The notes beneath the pieces are model-generated. The model worked only from the letters and a program-made list of their open reading frames with translations, was not told where the DNA came from and did not search any database. Below, in pieces: positions 29,353 to 35,881 of a stretch of 35,881 nt of DNA. Each line of letters begins with the position of its first letter. The first letter of the stretch is position 1. This stretch comes from a virus (Duplodnaviria; Heunggongvirae; Uroviricota; Caudoviricetes): IMG/VR virus record IMGVR_UViG_2541047915_000013; one strand, given 5' to 3'. Both the position numbers and the translations under genes were made by a program.

Positions 29353-29576
29353 ACAGCACCTCCGTTGTAATGTTTGCCTTTCAGCTCTGCAATTTCCTGG
29401 CAGGTAATGCAAAGCTGCACACCCGGAATGGCACGGCGGCGTGCTGGCGGAATTGGCGCTTCACACTCAATGCAAAGCACGCGAGACACGCCCGGTGTTT
29501 TGGCACGGGCAGCACGGATATGGCGCTGGCGTTCTTCTTCAACGCGCTGCTGTACGAGATCCATTGCATCAGCCAT
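29349..29576 (-). CDS. TraR/DksA-family C4 zinc-finger protein
   Basis: CIECEAPIPPARRRAIPGVQLCITCQ motif. Confidence 0.7.
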   Translation of the reverse strand: MADAMDLVQQRVEEERQRHIRAARAKTPGVSRVLCIECEAPIPPARRRAIPGVQLCITCQEIAELKGKHYNGGAV

Positions 29577-29815
29577 TAGTGGATCTCCTGCGCTTCGTTC
29601 TGGATTGCTTCAGCAGTCACACGCAGCAGTTCTGCCGCTTCCACGTGGTTTAGCTGACGGGATGAGATATGACACGCCAGGCTATCAAGGCGAGCTGCCA
29701 TTGCTTCAGCCCTTGCCCGGCGTTCTTCCAGACGAGCCTCTGTCAGTAAAATATTAAGCCCTGCATCATCCGGTCCGGTTTTAGTCGTGAGGATTTCAAT
29801 ATTACGCATAATCAA
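29576..29815 (-). CDS. Hypothetical early protein
   Basis: 79-aa ORF in the early operon, tightly packed with neighbours. Confidence 0.5.
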   Translation of the reverse strand: MIMRNIEILTTKTGPDDAGLNILLTEARLEERRARAEAMAARLDSLACHISSRQLNHVEAAELLRVTAEAIQNEAQEIH

Positions 29816-29876
29816 TTCTCCTGAATTTAGATAAAGGGATGCCCGGCGGGTTTACGCCATTAATTTCATTAGTTGG

Positions 29877-30218
29877 TTAATTCGGCATGGTTAGCCGTCT
29901 GGGAAATAAGCTCACCACTGCACGAAAATGATTCATTGCTTTAATCAACTCCCGCTTTTCGTCAGTGGTCAGCTCATTGATGCTGATGCTATGACGTTCA
30001 GCCGGAATTTTTGCCATAAAGAATATGGCTGCCAGTGCTCGTTTATTTTGTTCGTTATTGATATCCCGTGGATCACGCATATCTTTAATAAACCGCTCAA
30101 GCTCTGACTCAATATTCAGGCCAAAAACTTTCGCCCTTAATTCCGCTATGTGATTAAGTCCATTCAGGCGTTCACCGGGGCTTAATGGAACAGTCGCCGC
30201 AGCGCCTTCAATAGCCAT
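29877..30218 (-). CDS. Hypothetical early protein
   Basis: 113-aa ORF in the early operon. Confidence 0.5.
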   Translation of the reverse strand: MAIEGAAATVPLSPGERLNGLNHIAELRAKVFGLNIESELERFIKDMRDPRDINNEQNKRALAAIFFMAKIPAERHSISINELTTDEKRELIKAMNHFRAVVSLFPRRLTMPN

Positions 30219-30382
30219 TTGTTCCCCCGTTTTTTCGTAGATAGTTCTGCCAGCAATTCATCTTGTGAACGGCACGGATGCCAGCGTTTACCATCCTCAC
30301 CCATGATCCAGCCGTGACCGTAGTACATTGCCGGACTTTGTTTTACCAGCAGCGATGCAAATGATGGTTCTTTCGTCAGCAT
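30182..30382 (-). CDS. Hypothetical early protein (positionally like the 186 fil/dhr region)
   Basis: ORF open to 30412; internal ATG at 30382 chosen to avoid deep overlap with cII. Confidence 0.4.
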   Translation of the reverse strand: MLTKEPSFASLLVKQSPAMYYGHGWIMGEDGKRWHPCRSQDELLAELSTKKRGNKWLLKALRRLFH

Positions 30383-30389
30383 AAGCACC

Positions 30390-30899
30390 TCACAGCAAAC
30401 CGAATGAAGCACCGAGGCCGGTTACAGTATCAACTGCACTTGCCATCGCAGGATTAACCTGTAAACGGGCCTGCAATGAAACAGCAGCTAACGCCATCAG
30501 TCGTGTAACAGAGTTAATGCTGCTGATAGCATCACGACGACCTGCACTGGTTTTTACATCGCCAGATACCGCACCTGCAGCAACACGCCCGATCTCTGCG
30601 GTTGCACTCATGACGTAATGTGGCAGTTTCTCTTTTGCCACCTCATTAATCGGTACACATGGCAGGCAGTGAATCTGTGCCAGAAAACCGTCTACCAGCG
30701 TTGAATCTTCCGTCAGATCGGTAAGTAGCCAGATATCTGGCGCATTGAGCTGATGCGGTTGATCTGGGTTGAGTTTGTTTCGCAGAGTCTGGACATTCAT
30801 TCCTGAACGTTCTGCCAGCTTCGCCATATTGTGACGAAGTGCAAAAGCTCTACAGGCTTCATCAAAATGCGGGTGTTTGGAAATCTTATAATCAAACAT
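30390..30899 (-). CDS. cII: Phage regulatory protein CII (186 CII-like)
   Basis: 169 aa; N-terminus MFDYKISKHPHFDEACRAFALRHNMAKLAERSGMNVQTLRNKLNP closely resembles 186 CII. Confidence 0.85.
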   Translation of the reverse strand: MFDYKISKHPHFDEACRAFALRHNMAKLAERSGMNVQTLRNKLNPDQPHQLNAPDIWLLTDLTEDSTLVDGFLAQIHCLPCVPINEVAKEKLPHYVMSATAEIGRVAAGAVSGDVKTSAGRRDAISSINSVTRLMALAAVSLQARLQVNPAMASAVDTVTGLGASFGLL

Positions 30900-30931
30900 G
30901 CTACCCCCTTAGAAAGTTCTCATAATTGAAC

Positions 30932-31174
30932 TTACTTACCAACAATGACGCGGAAGTTGGAATGACCGAGGGATTCACGGACCTGATCGGTTTTGTACAT
31001 TAAATAACGCAGGCTTACGCGGCCTTTGTTTTTTTCTTTCTTGACCATGTATTTAGCAAGCTGACCATGATGAATTTTTTGATACACAGAGCCGCGGGAG
31101 ATACCTTCCCATTCCGCGAACTCTGCAGGCGTAGCCATCTCTTTTGGTACACGAATTGAAATATCAGTGCTCAT
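30932..31174 (-). CDS. apl: Apl/Cox-like excisionase-regulator (helix-turn-helix)
   Basis: 80-aa helix-turn-helix protein, first gene of the lytic operon, divergent from cI. Confidence 0.55.
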   Translation of the reverse strand: MSTDISIRVPKEMATPAEFAEWEGISRGSVYQKIHHGQLAKYMVKKEKNKGRVSLRYLMYKTDQVRESLGHSNFRVIVGK

Positions 31175-31293
31175 AGTGCAGTATCTCCCGATTAAGGTTT
31201 GGTTTACGTCGTTTTATCTCGTTTTACTTGATTCAATATTTGATACATCGAGATACTACGATCCAATATTTAATACGTCAACAGGATTAAAAA
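31175..31293. promoter_or_regulatory. Immunity switch region with repeated candidate operator sites
   Basis: Intergenic region between the divergent apl and cI; repeats TTCAATATTTGATAC (31232-31246) and TCCAATATTTAATAC (31262-31276); tandem CGTTTTAYYT at 31209-31228. Confidence 0.5.
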
Positions 31294-31926
31294 ATGATAC
31301 AGGTAAAGGTTGGAGAGAATACAGGGGGAAGAGAGGCTATCCATAGACTAATGGCAGCCTATGATTTCAAGTCCAGACAGCAACTTTGCGATCACTTAGG
31401 CGCATCAAAAAGTACCATGGCAAACAGATACTTAAGAGATAGTTTTCCTGCAGAGTGGGTGATTCAGTGCGCCTTGGAAACAGGAGTTTCTTTACTGTGG
31501 CTAACCACCGGACAGGGGGAGCCAGGTCCAAACATTGAACCTAAAAAAAATATCAATTCCGTGAACTCCAGCAAGGTTGTACCTCTTTCTGAACTAGTAT
31601 CTCCTGAAATTGACAAGGCGACTCTCAACGGTGGTTTATTGGTCGATGCTGGAAAAGCAATCATTGATAGCAGCATACTCCCCTCAGACTCAAGCAACCT
31701 ACTGCTGGTGACTACTTCTGGTGATTCTTATTTAATAGATCGCAACCAAACACCACCAGTAAATGGTATGTGGTTAGTCGATATTGACGGGATAAAAAGC
31801 ATTGTTAAATTGACTCGACTTCCGGGAAACAAATTAGTAGTGCATCAGGATGATTCATCGTTTGAGTGTGGCCTAGATGACATTGAGGTAGTAGGCCGCG
31901 CACTGAAAATCATTAAGAGCCTTTGA
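31294..31926 (+). CDS. cI: CI-like immunity repressor
   Basis: 210-aa protein with N-terminal helix-turn-helix-like region; co-oriented with int. Confidence 0.7.
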   Translation: MIQVKVGENTGGREAIHRLMAAYDFKSRQQLCDHLGASKSTMANRYLRDSFPAEWVIQCALETGVSLLWLTTGQGEPGPNIEPKKNINSVNSSKVVPLSELVSPEIDKATLNGGLLVDAGKAIIDSSILPSDSSNLLLVTTSGDSYLIDRNQTPPVNGMWLVDIDGIKSIVKLTRLPGNKLVVHQDDSSFECGLDDIEVVGRALKIIKSL

Positions 31927-31927
31927 T

Positions 31928-32944
31928 ATGACCATCAGAAAACAGCCGAACGGAAAATGGTTGTGTGAGTGCTATCCCAATGGACGCAATGGTAAGCGCG
32001 TGCGTAAGCAATTTGCTACGAAAGGCGAAGCCATTGCTTTTGAAAGCTTCACAATGGAAGAAGTGAATAAAAAACCGTGGTTGGGTGAAAAGGATGATCG
32101 GCGACGCCTATCAGAATTAATTGAGCTTTGGTATTCCCTGTATGGTCAGACACTCGCAGACCCCAAGCGCCTCATGGCGAAACTTAGAATTATCTGTAAT
32201 GGTCTAGGCGACCCCATCGCCTCAGAACTGACAGCCGGTGACTTTACGAAATACCGCGAAGCACGGTTAAAAGGTGACGTTCGTAACGAAGACGGCACAC
32301 TAATGTCGCCAGTAAAACCACGCACGGTGAATCTTGAGCAACGTAACCTATCATCGGTTTTCGGCACATTGAAAAAACTAGGCCACTGGTCAGCACCAAA
32401 TCCTCTCGCCGGGCTGCCAACATTTAAAATCGCTGAGGGGGAACTGGCGTTCCTGACCTCGGAAGAAATTAAACGTCTGCTAGATGCCTGCGCTGATTCT
32501 CAAAACCCCAGTCTGCTTTTGATTGCAAAAATATGCCTGGCCACCGGCGCACGCTGGAGTGAAGCTGAAAACCTGCAGGGCCATCAGTTATCTAAATACC
32601 GCATCACTTATACCAAGACGAAGGGTAAGAAAAACCGCACCGTGCCGATATCTCAAGATCTGTATGACGAACTCCCCAAGAACAGAGGGAAGCTATTCAC
32701 CCCGTGCAGAAAAGCCTTTGAACGAGCAGTAAAGCGAGCTGGCATCGAGCTGCCAGAGGGCCAATGCACTCACGTGCTACGTCATACATTCGCCAGCCAT
32801 TTTATGATGAATGGCGGAAACATACTGGTGCTGCGCGATATTCTGGGCCATGCCGATATAAAAATGACGATGATTTACGCCCACTTTTCGCCCGATCACC
32901 TTGAAGATGCGGTAACTAAAAACCCTTTATGCAACTTAAGATAG
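31928..32944 (+). CDS. int: Tyrosine integrase (P2/186 family)
   Basis: 338 aa; ...ATGARWSEA..., ...HVLRHTFASHFMMNGG... and ...MIYAHF motifs typical of P2-type integrases. Confidence 0.9.
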   Translation: MTIRKQPNGKWLCECYPNGRNGKRVRKQFATKGEAIAFESFTMEEVNKKPWLGEKDDRRRLSELIELWYSLYGQTLADPKRLMAKLRIICNGLGDPIASELTAGDFTKYREARLKGDVRNEDGTLMSPVKPRTVNLEQRNLSSVFGTLKKLGHWSAPNPLAGLPTFKIAEGELAFLTSEEIKRLLDACADSQNPSLLLIAKICLATGARWSEAENLQGHQLSKYRITYTKTKGKKNRTVPISQDLYDELPKNRGKLFTPCRKAFERAVKRAGIELPEGQCTHVLRHTFASHFMMNGGNILVLRDILGHADIKMTMIYAHFSPDHLEDAVTKNPLCNLR

Positions 32945-33260
32945 AGTAACTTATGAAAACAAACTCAAACTATTTACAAATATAATATTCAGCAGGTTAT
33001 CCATTCTCATTTAACTCTTCAGACTGAGTTTAGGTTTTATTTATAGAATAAGATAATTTTTACATCACAAAAAAACCTATAAGCCCTCATCTTTGTTGTA
33101 TAAAAACATCAAAGATGCCACATTCAAAAATAGTAGAAAAGCATAGCATTGCAACATTAAAAAGAAACCAATAAAAAACAGTCATTAGAAAATGAAAAAA
33201 ACAAAAACATTTTTTATCGAAGCTTCAGTCTGACTACTAGTTTGACTCTGCAATTAACTT

Positions 33261-33290
33261 TCAAGATGATCAATATTTATTGATCATCTT
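33261..33290. repeat. Perfect 13-bp inverted repeat (hairpin) carrying two GATC sites
   Basis: CAAGATGATCAAT-attt-ATTGATCATCTTG, 35 bp beyond the deaminase stop. Confidence 0.7.
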
Positions 33291-33324
33291 GAAGCTTACC
33301 TCAGGAAGGATGAGTATAATATTT

Positions 33325-35058
33325 CTACTCAAGGAGATATTCTAACTCATCTTTTATCGGGATAATTTGCTCATAAAGTCGGTGATATGACTTCCCAATT
33401 GCGCCTCTAAATTGTATTAACTTTGGTGGCTTACTACCTATATTAATAATATGGTCTTGAGCTATACCTGGGTAGGGATCAATAAATACAATTTCAGATA
33501 TACCTAACTGATAAGCTTTTTTCGCACACAACTCACAGGGACTGGCAGTTGTATACAACTTCCCCCCCAGAACGCCAATACCACCATATTTTGCAAGTTG
33601 CAAAAATGCGTTTTCCTCAGCATGTAATGCACGTGTATGAACTTGATTACCTTTTTTCTCTTTATCAAGATCATTATGTATATCTTTAAAACAATAAGAT
33701 AAGTTCCTGCCTCTATAAATATCACCAGTTTTATCTATCGCCCTAAAATTTAAGAGTTTCTCATTAGCTTTAATTCTGAAAGAACTATTATTTCTCTCAT
33801 AATGACTGTACGTTTTTTCATCAAAATCGTTCATTAGGCCATCTAGAGATCTCATAGAGCAAGGAATCTGACCGTTGGCAACATCATTCCAACCAACTGA
33901 TTTTATTGAATTATCACCATCAGTTACTACAGCTCCCACCTGTCTAGATATACAGCCAGAGTTTAATTTTACCGTATACGCAACTTGCATAACCCTTTCC
34001 ATTGCAGTAGGTGTTATCAGACCAGGATGCTTCATCAGTGCGATGTACCACGCTAATTGTGCTTTTAAAATATTGTCATTATCAAATTCATTTTTTGGGT
34101 TAAAAATGTGTATATCTGATAGTTCAATACATTTAGTTACATTTGGATTGGTGAGATGTTTGTAAGAGTTATCACCTTTACCTGACTCTACAGAATCTAT
34201 TTCCTCTATCTGCTTTTCTGAAAACTTATGTAGTTTCCGCAAATAGTTTGTTCGATGTTCATCCGGGGCATTTATTGACATTAAATGAAATGCAGAATAT
34301 CTATCCTTAAAAAATTTTGCCTCATATGGATTTCTAATAGCATCTATGACAATTAATGCGTTATCTCTTTTGCTTTTTCTTATTAATTTAATAACCCTAT
34401 TAATAGTTTCCGGCAAATGAAAAACAGATTTAGGCATAAACTCTTTATCTTCAAAATCGACTTCAATACGCCCACGACGTCTAATTGACTTACCTGCTAA
34501 CTGATAGGCTGAAACATATAAATTTGAGTTTATCTCATTTAGTTCAGCTTTGAATTCTTTAGTAAATTTTCTAACTAACTTCAAAATTGATATAAATTTA
34601 TTAATCGTTTTTTCATCAAGCTTCAATTCACTATTATGATCAAGCAAATTCTCAATTACATTTTTAAATCTTGTCAAAATGAGATTATCTGAGAATACAC
34701 CAAAAGTTAATACAATATCTAAATGCTCTTTACTGATAGATTTATTAGATGATAGAATGAATTCAGAAGCTTCCTCAGCTGTTAACATCAGAAGATACGC
34801 TGAGATTAGGTCACTCACCTTAATTGAGTAAAAATTTTCCCAGTGATTTTCTGCGAATTTTTTAACTATATTATAACGATGGACATCCAATCCCTTGTAA
34901 AACCCCTGTAATTTACTTACATCAGGGAAGACTGTTTTTTCGTTTTCAAGAATATTAGCTGTTGTTGTGCAACCAGAACCAGTTCGACCTGTCAAACCGA
35001 CTAAAATAAACTGCCCATTTTCAAGGAAAAGCTCACTAACGAATTTTTTTTCTTTCAT
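33325..35058 (-). CDS. P-loop kinase-like / cytidine deaminase fusion protein (AvcD/dCTP-deaminase-like accessory gene)
   Basis: N-terminal P-loop GRTGSGCTT; C-terminal deaminase zinc motifs HAEENA and SPCELC; ATG at 35058; about 30% GC. Confidence 0.7.
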   Translation of the reverse strand: MKEKKFVSELFLENGQFILVGLTGRTGSGCTTTANILENEKTVFPDVSKLQGFYKGLDVHRYNIVKKFAENHWENFYSIKVSDLISAYLLMLTAEEASEFILSSNKSISKEHLDIVLTFGVFSDNLILTRFKNVIENLLDHNSELKLDEKTINKFISILKLVRKFTKEFKAELNEINSNLYVSAYQLAGKSIRRRGRIEVDFEDKEFMPKSVFHLPETINRVIKLIRKSKRDNALIVIDAIRNPYEAKFFKDRYSAFHLMSINAPDEHRTNYLRKLHKFSEKQIEEIDSVESGKGDNSYKHLTNPNVTKCIELSDIHIFNPKNEFDNDNILKAQLAWYIALMKHPGLITPTAMERVMQVAYTVKLNSGCISRQVGAVVTDGDNSIKSVGWNDVANGQIPCSMRSLDGLMNDFDEKTYSHYERNNSSFRIKANEKLLNFRAIDKTGDIYRGRNLSYCFKDIHNDLDKEKKGNQVHTRALHAEENAFLQLAKYGGIGVLGGKLYTTASPCELCAKKAYQLGISEIVFIDPYPGIAQDHIINIGSKPPKLIQFRGAIGKSYHRLYEQIIPIKDELEYLLE

Positions 35059-35253
35059 CACGTCCCACTTATGAATGCAAGAACAATTAACATATTAATT
35101 GTAATTTATTAACTAATTTTATTCTAGATACTTGATGTAATGGCGGCACTTTGGCGGCAGAGCATTAAAAACGCGTAAGACGAGCAAATACAAAATAACA
35201 CTAACACATTGTTTTCAAACATAATCTACTGTTTTTACTATAATAAAAATGGT

Positions 35254-35299
35254 ATGTAGGAATTTCGGACGCGGGTTCAACTCCCGCCAGCTCCACCAA
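35254..35299. repeat. attR core: second copy of the 46-bp ssrA 3'-end repeat
   Basis: Exact copy of 1016-1061; not a second tmRNA gene, only the terminal 46 bp. Confidence 0.85.
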
Positions 35300-35428
35300 T
35301 CATGATTGGACGGTGTAAGGACAACACCAACAAAAACAGGAAGTTAGAAGTCTCAGCAGGACACCGACCAGACGGTGAGGAGACATAAAAGGATACGCAA
35401 AGGAGCCGCGGCTCCGAAGTGAAATGAA

Positions 35429-35452
35429 AGCCCGCTGATGCGGGCTTTTTTG
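35429..35452 (+). terminator. Rho-independent terminator in host flank after attR
   Basis: AGCCCGC-tgat-GCGGGCT followed by TTTTTT. Confidence 0.55.
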
Positions 35453-35881
35453 CTTCTTCTCTTTAGCCTGATTCGACACTCTCAATGCGGCCATAAACAA
35501 CAACCCACTTTTCTTATACCGTAGCCTGTCCCCCTCTTCCTGCTTTCTAACCATAACAGATGTGAGCGTTTGCTATGAGCGATATATAGTCATTCGTACC
35601 CTCCGATACTAATCATCACAGAAATTAATATATTCATTCCTTACTGAAAAGCTATGAAGTAGATATATAGGATTGGGGCGCGTATGGCACTGGACAGTTA
35701 TGCATCTCCGAATATTATTCCGGAGCTAAGACAACCGAATGCCGCAGCAGGTAAGATCACGCTAGGGGGGCTGGACAGAATGGCTGTTACGCCCAGTGTG
35801 AAGAAAAGAAGGCTAAGTATGGTAGAATTTCCATACGCACAGACCTTGTTATCCGACTATACAGCCTGGAAGGCACTATGA

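Larger units (their letters stand above)
1016..35299. mobile_element. P2/186-family prophage integrated in ssrA
   Basis: Flanking 46-bp direct repeats; tyrosine integrase; complete P2-like late gene order; 186-like cII/cI/apl switch; cos-like site. Confidence 0.9.

Noticed and set aside
35254-35299. Possibility of a second tmRNA or tRNA gene at the right end
   Set aside because: Only the terminal 46 bp of ssrA are duplicated; this is the att repeat, not a gene
35300-35554. 84-aa minus-strand ORF just outside attR
   Set aside because: Overlaps the rho-independent terminator hairpin and has no convincing start context; likely non-coding host flank
35684-35881. 65-aa plus-strand ORF at the window edge
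   Set aside because: No recognisable family or ribosome-binding site and too little context; left unannotated
1-35881. Searched for CRISPR arrays, IS elements/transposases and additional tRNA genes
   Set aside because: No regularly spaced short repeats, no transposase-like ORF with terminal inverted repeats, and no cloverleaf-like sequence other than the tmRNA

Overview
This window is an enterobacterial smpB-ssrA locus carrying a roughly 34.3-kb P2/186-family prophage integrated into the 3' end of ssrA. The prophage is bounded by 46-bp direct repeats at 1016-1061 and 35254-35299. All calls rest on reading the ORF translations and the DNA by eye; no database search or alignment was run, so family names are recognition from memory, not computed hits. 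The prophage looks complete: a full late block (ogr, D, U, T, E/E+E', FII, FI, G, H, I, J, W, V, S, R, lysC/lysB/lysA, K, Y, X, L, M, N, O on the minus strand; P and Q on the plus strand), a 186-like early region (A, dam, TraR-like, cII, apl, cI, int) and a LexA-box-controlled dinI-like module. Three low-GC accessory loci stand out. (1) Between the cos-like site and the portal gene Q sits a Lamassu-like pair: a 359-aa Cap4/DUF4297-type nuclease-like protein and an SMC/ABC-type ATPase that is split by a frameshift in an A8/T8 tract. (2) Between int and attR sits a 577-aa P-loop kinase-like / cytidine deaminase fusion (AvcD/dCTP-deaminase-like) whose Walker A lysine is replaced by Cys. (3) Between attL and ogr sits a 160-aa WYL-BRCT protein with no family assignment I can make. 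Loci 1 and 2 resemble described anti-phage defence families; locus 3 is the least explained. I cannot establish from sequence alone that any of them is previously undescribed.
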